Source: Tubulanus polymorphus (lineage: Eukaryota; Animalia; Nemertea). Taken from it: a stretch of DNA of 64,000 bases. The notes beneath the pieces were generated by a model. It saw only the letters and a list, made by a program, of their open reading frames with translations. It was not told the DNA's origin and searched no databases. Position 1 is the first letter of the stretch; each line of letters opens with the position of its first letter. The stretch covers positions 9,881,950-9,945,949 of the forward strand of contig NC_134026.1 in NCBI RefSeq assembly GCF_964204645.1, written 5' to 3'. Positions 39,501 to 54,500 of this stretch are shown here, piece after piece. The translations under genes were made by a program, and so were the position numbers.

Positions 39501-42500
39501 TAGAATTTTTCATTCTTGGCTTCGTTATTGTGGGATTTCTCTCGTTCTTCTTGACTGTACTGTATCTTCATGTCTGTTTCTAGTGAATTGCAACTCTTGT
39601 CACTGACTTGATGACCGGTCAGTTGCCAATGGCTTTTTGCATGTGAAATATGATTTTCTCAGATTTCTGGCATGAAACTGAATTTTTGCAGCAACAGTAG
39701 TATTAGTAGTGCAGTATTAGTAGTGAAAACGTGAATCTATTACCCCTATTGTCCTCCCTAATAATAGACTTAAAAAGATCAACCTCATGAAACATAGACC
39801 TCATTTTCATTTTTGAAGGTTATTTGCTACAGGACCCTGGTACCTATAAAACATCTGACATGGACCACAATCACAGGGAAGCAATTAAAGTGAAAGCAGT
39901 TAAATCATAGTTGTAGTTGTTTTCAGAATTAGATTTCAACTCAATCATTACCATAATAACTGTATAACTTACAAGCAACTGAGAACTTGTAACTATTTCT
40001 AAAAAGGAAAACGTTTCTCATTTCTCTGATGATAGCATTTCGACAAAATCCCAAAACTCTAAGTTAATGAATGAATACACATAAATTGTGGTATTTTTGT
40101 TTACTCCACAAACAGTCGTCAAAATCATCTGTCTTCCCTCATCTGCCATATTGATGTAAGTGGGAGACACGGTTAGATGGCAGACCAGATATATGTATGT
40201 TTTTTTCTAGGATATTTTTTGGTGAGTTGTGTATTTCTGTGAGCTTGGTTTAGGTTATACGCCGGCCAAAATTTTGTCAAATGCACAAAACTCCAACACC
40301 CATACATTTGAACTGCCATTTTTACTGGGGCCGGTCAACAGCTTGAAGAAAAAAGAGAAACGTATGCATAATTCTATTTTCAGCTGTTCTAAGAAACGTT
40401 TCGGATATTCAAGTTAACACAATATCGCCAACTGTTGCCATTGTATCGTGGAAGCCTGTCTTACGATATAAACCTGACATCAAAGTCAAGTATAGAATAA
40501 GATACGAATGTCCTTGGGATATTATAGATGATGGAGGAAAGGTTCCGGTATGTGAAGAAGATTTGTTTGACTGTAATAGTTAATTTTGAGGAAATAGAAA
40601 AAGTACTGTACTTCCATGTGACGATCAGCAAAATAGTTGAAACGTGTTAGGCCTACACCTAAAGTGAAGAAAACTTCACACCCCTAGTCACCAGCTATGG
40701 CAATAGGACAACTCGCATCAAAATTTAATTCATCTTTAATTAATTTTGATTAAAGCTTTTAGCCCCCTTTACATAACAATAATCTGAAATAATGTCTGTT
40801 AAACTCAAGATTGATTTTTAGGTTTCACATATGTGCTCTTAATTTCAGCTAGAGACAGAGGGTACGAATGTCCACCTGTCCAATCTTTATCCAAACGGTC
40901 GTTATGAGATAGAAATTATAGCAATTGTCGTGAACGGTCATCTGGATGGACGTCCAGCTTTACACTCATTCCAGATGCCACCAGATAGTAAGTATTACAT
41001 TTTGAATGATTGATGAGCGACAGACTACCACCCATATGGTCTGCTTAATAAATCAAACGACTTCCATAGCATAACGTTGATTTGATATGAATGAGGATTG
41101 ATTTTAATCTACAGGGGGGGGGATAATCTTGAGATAAAATTGAACAGGCCCTGAATTTCTGTATTTTGTTTTTCTTTTCGCCAGAGAAAACCTCTGATGG
41201 GCTTGGCATTTGTTTTGTACCTATTTATAAGGTGCATGAAAAAAGAACATAGCAAGCTTAACACACATTACAAATATTTTTCTGAACATTTACAAATTTA
41301 GCACAGATAAAGTAATGCCCTTGATTGCTGAGTGATTAAACATTTTCTTCGATATATTTCTGCTAACGTTCGATATTGAATAATAGTCGTTTTGAAATGT
41401 ATTTTGTGGATCAATATTGATTAATAAATTTTTGACGCCTTGTAAAAACGTTAAAGGCAAACGTCACAGGTCTATGTGTACACATACAAGCTATTTGGCA
41501 AAATATTATTGATAAAGATGTAGAATGTCTTCCTGTGATTATATAGTGAGCCCTATTTGAACTTCGATATATTATATTGCATTGAATATCATGAGAAGAC
41601 GTAATGTAATAGTAATGGATGTATGATTAGGCTATATCAGAAGTGGCAGGCATGAATAGAAATGATGAGTAAATCGGATTATTCGGTCTAAATGGCAGAT
41701 GTATACACGATGTGGAAGTCTGATATAAAAGTAAGACCCTGACATGGGGATGCTGGTGTAATGACGAATCGAACAGATTTATTTCTATTCAAACATTCGT
41801 TCGAAAAAAATTGTTATCGCTCAACCAAATTTTTTTGGCGGGACAAAAAGTTTTTCATCTCAACAATAACATAGCTTTTTATTCGAACATGTTTTTGTCA
41901 GAATGAAGAAAAGTTTTCGTTCGAACAAATAGCTTATTGTTCGATCAAACAGAATTGTTTTCATGCGAACAATATTTCAGAACATTAAGTTTTTTTTGTT
42001 CGAACAGATATATTGTTTCATCGAAGCATTTTTCGTTCCAAAGAGCAAAATTTTGGTGGAACTTAACAGTCTGTTCATTTTAATGAGTAATCTTTATTTG
42101 AACAAAATAATCTCATTCGAACACAAAGGTATAATCTAAACCCGGGTTTTCTTTTATCCAATATCCATATCATGCCTTTTCTGGGCATGTACGGAACACA
42201 GCGTGTTTAGGTCATTTTGGAAATTTACTCGGTCCGGTACATTTTGGATTACTGTGTATTTCATTTATCAGGACATAAAAGAGAAGACGACTTAGGATAC
42301 TACCTTGCGTGACTCTACTAGTTAGACTGACTTATTCCAAGATGAGGCGTTCGGTTGATTTCGGCCACATATTTTCTTTCAGAGATAACTGCTGAGCCAT
42401 TTGAGCGACCTATCATTGATACTACTCCTAATAGCCTGTTAAGTCATGGGTGATGTTGTACCTTATCAAATGCTTTCTCGAAATCCACCGTTGAACAGGA

Positions 42501-45500
42501 TTCTAAGACTGTGCAGAAAACCCGTTATCGCTGCTTTGCAGCTATATTTTGATATGAACTTTAAAATCCATAAAGAGTGATTATGGCCTAACAGTCGATT
42601 TTCCAGAGTCAAATAGGACCATCTGGTCCAGTTGTCCACAGTTTCAAGTAGGTGTAATTGACTCTGTCAACCTACCTCTTATAAAACTGTGTTAACTGTT
42701 GAACAGGATTCTAAGACTGTGCAGAAAGCCCATTATCACTGCTTTGCAGCTATATTTAAAATCAATTTTCTTGTTGCATTTGCGCTGACTACCTTGCTAC
42801 ACTAAAACAGCCATAATTTTTTTATCTATGGGAATTTTACCATCAAATTCTCAGATAATCATCAGAACATATTGCAAAATAGGCTATGTATAGCAATTGG
42901 TAGGATATTCAAATTTTTTTTTAGCTTTTTCTGAAAAAATATGTGTTAATTAGATCACGTGATATACACGATTAACATAGAAAATGTTTGCCCGCTATGG
43001 TGCCCTACTGTGGGTTCAGCACCCCTTTCATAACTCTTACAGTATCTGCATACCTCGAGTGCTAATATTATCACCCAAAATAAGAATATCTGGGTCAGTA
43101 CAATGGGTGGGTATATGGCCAGTGCTGAAAAGGGTTAAATGATCAATCATTGTAGTTAAATGTTAGAGTGCTGTTTTTTGTAGTTCCAGGAAAGAATCCA
43201 ACTATTGTTGGCTATTATTATTTCTCAGCTGGGGCGAATTTAGGAAGTATGACTGTTTTTTTCGAGGTAAGTTATTAACTGAAATAATTTTAAAGAAAAT
43301 TCCATCGGCTCTGTGTTTGCTCTGAACTTTTTTAGAAACTCTGTCGTAATTATTTGATGACTTGTCATTTGTGGATGACCTCCTTTTTAAAACCATAATA
43401 ATTCCTCTCAAGCTTCAAATTTAAAAAATTAAGAACATTTAAAGAAATTTCAAGAATTCAGAAATGCCTGTTTGCCTTCGGCGCTCAGCAGATACAGCAT
43501 GAAATATGGCATGTAAATCTGCTTGTTTTAATTCTGACCCCCTTTAAAAAATTCTAGTGACGCCCCCTGCATTTTGTGAATACAATGACTGGCATTTGTA
43601 AAGTTGTAGAGTCCTACAATTGATATAGACCGATATGGCGTGGCATCCCAGACAAAGATAAATAAAAGGTTCCATAGACAAGTCACTCTATACTTTGAAA
43701 ACCCAAAATCCGAAAGAAAAGTTATGTGAGTAGTGACATTTTGACTCTATGTGCCATTTTTGCATAACATTTTTTATGGCTCATAGAATTGAGACCAAAC
43801 TTCACTGCATGCAAAGTTTTTCTTTCTAATTCTTGGTCTTGTTTCAATTTAAAGGCAAACTTTGTTGGGTAGGTGCTAGTTACTTGACTTGCTTATCAGT
43901 GGTTTGGTTTAACAAATTTTGTATAATTTTCCAGCCGCCACATATTCGCGAAATTCATGCACCGATACATCAGTATGTGGTGAACGTCAGTACGCACGGT
44001 TCAATGCTATTGGCCAGCGATAAAACTTCTTTCACCATAAGCCAGCTCCGAGTGGATAAATCGTACACTGTGCTCATAGAACTTCAAAATAAAGTGGGAA
44101 GGAATGACAGCCTTCAACCGTCATCTTTCTTTATCCAAACTGCTAACCCTAAGTGTAAGTATAAGCTTTGGATCTACTCCCTGCTCTAAAAATATTGAAA
44201 CATAAAATCGGTGAATTTTTTGTTATTATAAAATGCTGCTCATTTGAAAAACTTGTTGGTATTTAGACAACTCAGTTCAGATTTAACACTTTCGCAGCCG
44301 ACTACGAGGTAACTCATAGTTGCGGTTACTCCGCTAATGCCCTCCCGTTACTCCCCCCATTGCCACCACGAGTTATCTCGTAGCTGATTCTTCCTTTTCA
44401 CTGTAAGATATTTGTACTCAGACACACGGGAATGACAGAATTCCTGATTGCCTGAAAATGTGAACTAACTCGGCGTCATTCTCAAAGCTCATTGGTCAAT
44501 TTTGACTATGCAATAGCTAAGCGCCAACCACGAGATATCACTGGGAAACTCCATGGCTGCAACAAATATTTTAAGCGTAATTATACCTTATAAGACAATA
44601 GTCTCATTTCATTCTTGCTTATTTATAAAATTCATTAAAAATAACTCCTGAACTGTAGTGGGTAATATGAAGTTTTCAATACCAAAGTATGAAACGGAAA
44701 CACATGGTTCTATGAGATGATTCTGCCCCTTGCAAGTTAAGGCTCTTTCGCCCATGCGGCGTCCAGCTGTACCATGACACCTCATTAGCGCGATATAGGC
44801 TGCAATTCTTGATATTTCTTAAATTTGGCGTGAGGATTGGAGCAAGTGAGGTGTCCACCCTTATTGAAAATGGATGTTATCGGCCATCAGATATGGCTGC
44901 CAGGGCAGCCATCTTGAATTTCTTGTTAGCGTGATAGAGCCTTCAATTCTTCATGGATCTTCATGAGACCCAGTTAGGATTAGGGCAGGTAAGATGTCCA
45001 CCCTGATTGAAAATTTCGGCCATTAGATATGACTGCCAGGGCAGCCGTCTTGAATTTCTTGTTACCCCAATATAGCCAACAATTCTTGATAAGTTTCGAC
45101 GAATCATTGTGTTAGGATTGGGGTAGGGAAGATGCTGCCACTATTGAAAATAGAGAATTTTTGCCATCGGATATGGCTGCGAGGGCAACCATCTTGAATT
45201 TTTTGTTAGTGCAATACGGCCTATAATTCTACATTGATTTTCATGAAATTTGGTGGATGTGAATACGTTATAAATTCCTATCAGAATTACGGAAACCCCA
45301 AATTTTACAACATATCAGCAATAAAACATATTCATTAGCTATGGCGGCTGATAAGGCACATCCTGCATTTTTGTAGGCGATTCATGATGAAGAGGCTACA
45401 TTTGTAGCCTCTTCAAAATAGGATTGTTTTTAGCAGCATAATTTCATAATAGTATCGCAGATGAGCTCTAACCTTATGAACTAAGGAAGTCGGAACTTGC

Positions 45501-48500
45501 GAACTGATGAACCCAGAATGTCATCTCAGGGCTTCTATATGGAATACATGTGATGTTTCTCCTTCCACTAACATAAATCCTGCTTATTGTTGAGCATTTT
45601 CTCAATATCCTGGTAGAATTGCTAGCAAAAATACATAAAGTGTCCTCTTTATGTTGCTAGGCATTAGTAACGGTTATTAATGCCTATCAATTCTAACAGG
45701 TTAAACCATTAGATATTGCATTTTTACATTTTCTACTGCGATGCTCCTCCAAAAGTCCTTAAATGTAGCATGATCCTTGTAGTAAATATTAAGCATGATC
45801 ATTTCTTCATTCAGCATTACAAACGATAGGTTTCTACGCAGAAGCTGTGTCACGATCTGCTCAACGTGTTCATTTGCACTGGAACCACATGTGTTGCGGT
45901 CATACAGATGCATTCTATATCTACTGGTGTCAGGGTAGTTTAAATACTAAACAATGTTCGGTACGTTGTTTATAAGGCAAGATCCAATCTAAAGTGCTAA
46001 TTTGATACGTACATAAAAATCATAATTCTGAGAAATTTTCTACCTGTCCACCTTTACGATTTCCACAAATTTCCACTCGCACTCACTTTAGCATATCAGT
46101 TCCAGATTATCTCAGTTGATTTTTAACAGATGACCTGATACATTTTGTAATTCTTGCAACCTGAATTACTTGGATGCAATTCATTAAACGTTTTCCCATA
46201 AAAGGATACCAAAGAAATGCACTGTTAATGATATCTTAAGGAAATAAAACCTGAGAGTGACTAGCTGAAATCTAAGTAGCAATGTTGCCAGAATGTTTTG
46301 AGTTCATATGAATGAGTTTATAATACAAAATTTGTAATCTATCATTTATGTATATACTGTCATATACTGTATGTATTTCTATCATTTATGTATATACATT
46401 TATTGTCATATTACATTGAAACTTTTAATGGGTTTACATTGGGAAGAGATCTTTAACATATCAGATGGATTTTTGGTTCAGTCAATTGTTATGCAGTCAG
46501 TGGCCATCTTAGTTTCATTAATTATTGTTCATTTAATAGGTTTTGAGGATAATCAATGTCCCAGGTAGTCAGTTTTTATTTTCATTTGCTACAGGGAGTG
46601 ATGCATTATAAAGCCATTTCGGCAGACAGATCATCAGATACCATTCACATATCGGATGAATATGATAAGCATTTGTTCGGAATAAGTCAAGAAACTCGCG
46701 GACTGCTAAGTGGAATTGTCTGGTCTGATTGCAATTATATTATTGGACAAGGTAATGTACACATGTGAATACAGAATTTAAAACTCAAAATTTCAAAAAT
46801 ATTGCCTGGGATAACGGCAACTAAACAAACTTTATCCTCAATGGTAATAGTTTTTATCTTCAACTGTAATTGGTCAAATTGGTGCTATCTGGGTGACTAG
46901 AACTAGGAAGAATTCTACCCTCATATTCAGTTTATGCACTTGTTGAATAGGTCGTAACTTGTACAAAATCATGTGCCATGGAGTATATTACTCCAGTCAG
47001 AATCACTAATGGCTTCCAGTTGAAGTGCAAATTGAATATAAAATCCTTTTACTTGTTTGTCAATGTCTCAACCATCTTGTTGACCCAATCCTTTGGAAAT
47101 CTATTGATCTGCAACTCTGAAGTGAAACGCACATCAAAGTCTTCGAAAACAAAAACATTTTTGTTCAGGCAAATGCATGCCAAACACCAGTAACCCTCCC
47201 ATCACAGTCCAACAAATGTTCATACATGTATTATTCTTATCATAAGGGATTTGATTTCCAAATATTTCTAGTGCCACAGAAGAAACCTGACGTTCAACTG
47301 AAAGGGGACGACCATGCAATAATGATTAACGTTTTTAAATATACGTGCGAAGAGTCGAAGGGAAGAGTAAAAGATTATCTAATTGAATATAAAGAAAACG
47401 CTTCTGAAGGTTGGTTGAGATTTTTATGGACTTTCGCTCTAGCGAAGTCCATTTTGTTATCACATATGAAACTTTCTTCCTTTGGTACAAAATAACTTCC
47501 AAACGAGGCTTAGTTTCTCTTCGGAACTTTTAAAACATTCAATGCAGTAACAAAAGCTCTAACCCTATTGAATTTCATCAGAATCCGTTGCTTATTTATC
47601 AATTTAGTAATTTATTTGTTGTTGGAACTACATTTCGTTTCGGAAGAACAAATGCCCTTTTACGTATATTCATGCTTCACACACGTGCTAGACACATATA
47701 CTCTCTGCTATGTGATGTATTGATCTGTGCATGTATATGAAAGGCGCGCCTCGCGCGTGGCCTAGTTCAAGTTTTCCTGGAAACTGCAAATGATTCAACT
47801 GCCAGTGTTCGTTGCAGCTGGCCGTAAAAAGCAGTGAATTTTATAGAAGGGCAGTAAAATTGGGAACTTGGAAATTGTTCAATTTACGAAAATAAATTGT
47901 CTAACAAACTTCATACACAGTGTATAGAAATCGTCACACCATGAACGTGGAGCGTGGATATTGAGTGTCAATCACGTGGAGAGTCATCAGTGGGGACAAC
48001 CCGCTACCATATTCATGATGAATCGTCATGTGTGATGGAGATCGTATCAATAGACAGATTTTCATGAAAACTTCTGGATTCAAACAAGGGGGGACATCTT
48101 AGGCTTTTTTGATTACTTGGAGCACGGATTCTCTACAATTCTGCCAAAAAACTTCATACTGAAGATAGGTAGGCCTATGTGTTTCCATTCATAATTCGAA
48201 AAAAGATGTTTTTTCCTTGATATTTTTGGCGTCCTTATTTTCGATCTAATTATCTGTAAAAAGTCAGTCTTCACCCATCGTTTGAATCAGGTTTATAAAC
48301 TGCCTATTTTTGTAACTTGCTCATACAGTTGCTCATGAGCATTTTTTGGGTTTTGTAAGTTGCTCACATCTACTGAGGTGAGCCAGTGTAGGGTTTTTGA
48401 AAGTTGCTCACATTTCATTTCTTGTTCATGTTTGTTGAGTTTCTTCTCGGCAATATCCATTTCACGAAGTAATCGTAAGTGTTTTAAATCTAGAAATAGC

Positions 48501-51500
48501 TAACTGCACTCAATGCTGGAGTAGCCCTTGTGCATTCAGTGTTGTTTTATACTCTGTCATCAATGTCACTAAGACTAACGATGCAATTACCAGAGTAATC
48601 TAGTTGTAAGCTGAGCCTATCACTATAGAAACTGAGCAAATTTGACTGACATAGTTTCCAGATGAAGGACCTTTTCACCGGGCAACTGAGCATCTATTCA
48701 TACAAATTATGCATTGAAGCATTATCCATTCTCCAATTCTTTGGAAGCTTAATTTTGAAAAAGGGCCTCTAATTTTGAAAAAGGATTTACTGGAGGTTTT
48801 TCATGAAAATCTGAATGCAAAATATCAGTTTTAAGAAGCCAATCAGAGAGCAAAGCCTTCTCTATGATTGGGTCCAGGTTTTATTTTAAGATATAGAATT
48901 GTATTTCAAGATGGATTTCGGTGAAAAGTTAATTTGGTTTTTGGGAGGAATTTTTATTTCTACTACAAAAATTCATCCTTGACAATTGCGCAAGGGTTGG
49001 GAAAATATCTTTTTCTCATATAGGATGGATGACCTCAATATACTAAGTAGGCATGTGCTCGAATTGCAAATTCAATCAAATTTTATTATGCAAACAAATT
49101 CAATTTTATTTTATTGAACAAAATTACATCAGATCCAACTTAATTAATCAATCCCTCTAAGCTACTTAATAGAACATGATTGTAATTTTTAAATTATATT
49201 GAACGGGAAGTGTATTTTGAAAAATATAACCCACAGATTGCTTCTTTTATGAAAAGCAAATATTACAGACTGGCCATAGTGTCCCTTCAGGCTCTTGTAT
49301 TAGTTTTGAAGGTGATCTACTGATTTATGTATTCATATGAAAATACATGTATTTGAATTTTTGTATCGTCTATGCGCGTACCAGTCATTTATTCTGATGA
49401 AAAAATTTTATGTTTAAAGGGTAACTGATGCTTTTTTAAAGATTTTCTACTTTTTACACTAAACGATAGATAATAGTATGCAACAAGGCTAGGTGATTTC
49501 ATAATTGGAAAAATCTTTTCAATCTAGTCAGAATTGATGATTTAGATGTTGGGGTACCTGTTCAGTGTATACATTGCTTCTGCTGAACGCGTGGTACTGT
49601 GTCTATTAATAGAACTACGTCACTAAATGGATGGCTCGGAAATGATGTCCATAGAAATGAATAGGAAATAAGCTACAAGAGCAATTCAACTTAATTTTAT
49701 ACCTATTTGGCATCTGAATTCAGACAAAATGCCTCTTGATTTTGGAAGTCTACATATCAATGATTATAATTAGCTGTTGAACAGACCACATTCGTTCAAA
49801 CTAAGCGCAAAAAATAGGATTTGAATAGCAATCCATGGCATTTTCTAGTAGACAGCAAGGAACACGGATGTATAAATCATCATTTTGGATTATCATTTAG
49901 TGAAAGTAAGTAAGATCATGGTTAGATCTAATACCACAGATATTTTGACTTATGAACTGATGAATCTTAGAAGACAGAATTAGCCTCAGGAATGATTTCT
50001 ATTCGTTGCTTGAAATACACCTCGTATTGGTAGCGGCTTTGGTCACGAAATTAGAATATTTACTCATCCATCCTATTTTAAAACTTAAAAATAATGTTTG
50101 TGAAAGATTTGTGATGTAATCTATCAAAACTCTTCTGCAGCGTGAAACTTGAATCGAAAAACAAATAATATTTATAATTTTTGTAAAGGCTGTAGAAATT
50201 TATTTTTTAAATTTAAGTTTTTGTAGAGTTTTGAAGTGTTAGTTTTCAAATTACTTAAATGACTATGAAAAATAGTAAAGTAGTGAGATCGAAATCTGTG
50301 AAACCTGGATCTCAAATGATGAATGTGAATGATTAACTGATAAAAAGAATTTTCTAGTGTACAAGGCTTATTTTTTTTTACTTATTCTTTTTGATTTAGA
50401 AAGTCGGGATCCAGTGCGCGTTCCGGCTGACCATTCTGGAGGTTTAACATATCAACTTGGTAATCTTCGCCCGAAGACAAACTACCATCTGAAAGTCATT
50501 CCACTCGTGTCTGATAATGATCGCAATCTTGATTGTTCCTATGAAGGCACTGAAAGAACTACAGGTATTTTGCTTGAACTGTCTTGCATAATTTTGTTTT
50601 CAGTGACATTAATCATTGGCTGGATGAAGTAGCGTGGGATATGGTTTTCGTTGCATGGTATCTGCATCTGCGTGGAGTTTGCGTCACTGCAATAACTAAA
50701 ACACCAATTAAGATAAATCCTAAATTTTTCACGTTATGTGTATAGTGGCATGGATATGAACCCTCTTTAATTTGAAAGTAGCCGAATAGCAGCCATTTTT
50801 GATTCCAAAAATGTGAATTTTGACCTAAAACTGTGAATGTATTTTATGTAGAGCATTGATCTTTCCCATGAGAATTCTAAATACCATCTGACCCATGGGG
50901 TGAGCATACGGCATGGTGCTCTTCACCTCTTAAAGAGGATGCAATGAAATCTTATGGGAAAAATATATTTTACTAATATATTTTTCTCTTGGAATAAGTG
51001 ATTAGAATTTTTCAAGGTTTTGTGTCTATCATTGCTTTTTTTTATATGGATTAAGAAGTCCTTAAAATCTAGTATCAACAGTGGCCCAGGACCAAAATAA
51101 AACAAATCAAGATTTTTAGTGATCGAAGCGATATAATCAAAATGCTTCACGAATGCACTCGTGGTTTAGTTCAGTTTCAAAGCTGGATCACATCAAAAAC
51201 ATGGTATAAGTACATATAGACATAAGTGCCATATGCCAATGGATACGATTAGTTAATGCAACTCCCAACAGAACTATGAAAGCACCAAACAAGGTAAATC
51301 AGTACTTTTTACGTGGTAGTGTGGATCCACATATCCCGGATTGTGCTTCTTCAAAATAGTCATGTGTTAAAAACTGATAGAAATTATTTGGTGAAATATT
51401 TGTGCGCTTCCGAGTGCGACATTTAAACTAGCAAGGCAGAAACCCGTTGTCGCTGCTTTGCAGCTATATTTCAATTTTTATAGGTACCTATGAATATTTT

Positions 51501-54500
51501 GTGATCACAATCGATAGCAGTAGTTGTAGATTGTGATACTTTCTATAATTGTGTTGATTTTTAAGGTCATTGGCTTCTGCATACACTCATTGGATTGCAT
51601 TCAATGGTGAAATTAATAGCATTTATATTGGCATCTTGTAGTGAGCATTTAAGTTCACCACTTTCTATGAATACAGAAATCCTCAGATTTTCAAACAGTT
51701 CAAACCTCTTCCAAAGAAGGCATGGTGTCCCCAGTTTGTTATAACTGTTAATGCCATGCAGTTGACTCTTTTATTGACTTGTTGCAGGAATCACAGATAT
51801 TGAAATTGGTTTAATAGCTTGTGGAGCAGTTGTTTTTCTGGTCATGCTGACATCGTTTGGAATATGGTAATTATTGAAACTGATGAAAAATGAAATCACA
51901 TCATTTGGGAATGTCCATTAAAATTTGAGGAAGTTTAGATGATCCTAATAGCTTGTGTACGCATAGTGTACGCATATTTCTTTTGATGATTACCTTCTAC
52001 CTTATGTACATAAATATTGTATCCATGGGGGTTTCATACACAAATGATTTGTTCCAGGCATGCAAACGACCCTACAATTCCTAATTTTTGGTGCCTCCCT
52101 AAAATTTCAGCCTTTTTTGCCAATTTTCCTTAAATATCCTGATGTAGAGGGACATGGCATGATGTCAGAGACTACATCTGATGTCTGAAAAGTGAAGTAC
52201 AGCTGTTCTGTCTGTATATATCATCCATATCAAAAGTGAAGTACACTACCGAATGTAGTGGTGCTGGCCTTTTGGTAATATTGAGTTGCAATGATAAGCC
52301 ATGCATGGCTGAACACTACCATGTTTTTGAATGCCTAAGAAAATAGACTTGAACCAAAACAAGAAATATTTAAGGATAGCTCCATTGTGTACATTTATTG
52401 TTAAATGAATAGCTGCCACTTGAGACATTGGTTTAAAATCACTGAATCACCAGATCTCACTTTCTTTTCTGTGTGGAATTGTAAAACCAAGGTATTCAAA
52501 ACACCACCAGCATGAACCGAGGACTTAAGTGTTCGGAAAGTAACAGATTTTGAGAAATGCTGAATCTGATGTGTCCAAATTCTGTGAGAGAAATGAGACA
52601 TTGAGCTCAACTGCGCATTGGTTAAAATGGTTACCATATTGAAGAACTTCCAAAGCTGCTTAATTAGTAATGAGGACCAACATTTTTAGGCCAGCCGTAG
52701 GCTGAGCCTATTACTATACAAATGGAGCAAATTTAAATGACATGATTTCCAGAGCAAAGGCTCTTTGTCTGTGCAACTGAGCATATATTCATACAAATTA
52801 TTCGTTAAAGCATTATCCATTCTCCAAACTCTACGTAGCTGAATTTTGAAAGAGGGCCTCGTTAAGATTCATATGAGCTCTTTCGCGAATATCTGATCGC
52901 AAAAATATTGGTTTTGAAAAGCCAATCAGAAAGCAAAGACTCCTCTATGATTGGCTTAGCTGCAGAAATCAGCAGCGGTTCGCGTGAACCCGCGGTATCG
53001 TCTACCGTTTTACTTCATGGTTTTAATTTTAGATCTAAAATTGTATTTCAAGATCGATTTCTGTGAAATCTTTAGTTGATTTGGTTTTTATTAGCACTAC
53101 AGAAAATATCATTGACCATTGTGTAAAGCCCGGAAAAAATAGCTTTTTCTTAAACCGGATAGATGACCTTGATATGCCAATTAGCCATGTGCTCAAACTA
53201 CAAATTCAATCAAATTCTATTCTGCCAAAAATATCAAATCCAATTCAATTTTGTTTTATTGAGCAAATTTCAGAAAATCCAATACTATGCCGCATTAAAA
53301 TCAATAAGACCAAGGAAAAAGATTTATCTGAGGTATTTGTTCCTGCCAGATCCAGTCGCTGTCTGTGCTACTTTTGTATTCTACAATTGTATTGTGTAAA
53401 TTATTAGGTATTGACTCTCAGCTGGGAGTGTATTTTGACAAATTTAACCCACAGAATGCATCATCATTTGCCATTTTATGAAAAGCTGATAGGCTGGCCA
53501 TAGTGCCCGTTGGGGCTCTTGTTCTTAAGGAGAAAGTTGTCTCAGTTGATTTATTATTGTCATGTCTCCAGAGCAGCTGGTCATTTATCAATAGATGTAC
53601 ACAATGGAACTCATTTTTAACCCACTTGGGAATTTAGACCCAACGGGCTATTGCGTTCACTTTTCGTCCGTTCGTCCATAGACGGAATCCAGTTATTTTG
53701 GGAAGTTTTGAAGACGCTTCAATGTAATGTCTTGATATATGGGTTACACATGTATCTACCCTAGTATATGTATCTTCAGCCCAAAAACTGGCCCTATCAG
53801 ATTCAAGATGGCCGACTGAAAGCAATTTTGTTCGCCAAAATCAGCACTTTTTACACATGTTTGAACTTTTTGAGGGAAATTTTGAAGACACTTAAATCAA
53901 TTAGCATGATCTTTCGTATATATCTGAATCAAGATGGCCGTCCTATGACCTTTTTAGTGCCCAAAAATGTCAATTTTGGCCAGAATTCCATGTCCTGTAG
54001 CTTACTACTGGTTTGCCATCTCTCATCGCACTTTGTGAGGGGTATTTTTTGGAAAAGGATGTTTTATACCTGAGACAGGTATTTTTGATCAGCCAATTAT
54101 GACACAATTGGGGGCCAATTTGGTATCATCAGTACTCATTCGTTGGTGGGAAAAAGTTTTTCCACATTATATTGATACCTAAGCATATTTTGTTACCACA
54201 ATCAATTGCGTAGTTGTAGCTCATAACATCATCTATGATTGTGGTTAGTTTTAAGGACATTTGTTATTCTATATGGTCACCAGGGGGTGTTGAATAGTAG
54301 AATAACTTAGTATTTCCTTATTAGATAGGTACCTAGTCATATTTTATTACCATGATCAATTACAAAATCGTAGCTGCTGACATGTTCTATGATGGTGGTG
54401 AGTTTCAAGGTCATTGGTTTATGTATATGGTCACCAGGGAGCGTCGAATATTGAAATTGTTGAGCATTGGAAACCACAAGTGGGCATGGTGTCCCTGGAC

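Noticed and set aside
45388-45415. 13-bp hairpin preceded by ATGATGA, hammerhead-like at first sight
   Set aside because: No CUGAUGA or GAAA core in the correct register.
24281-47782. STAT GAS sites TTCCTGGAA/TTCCGGGAA at 24281, 38303 and 47774
   Set aside because: Isolated 9-mers inside TE-derived sequence, not clustered near the receptor promoter; compatible with chance.
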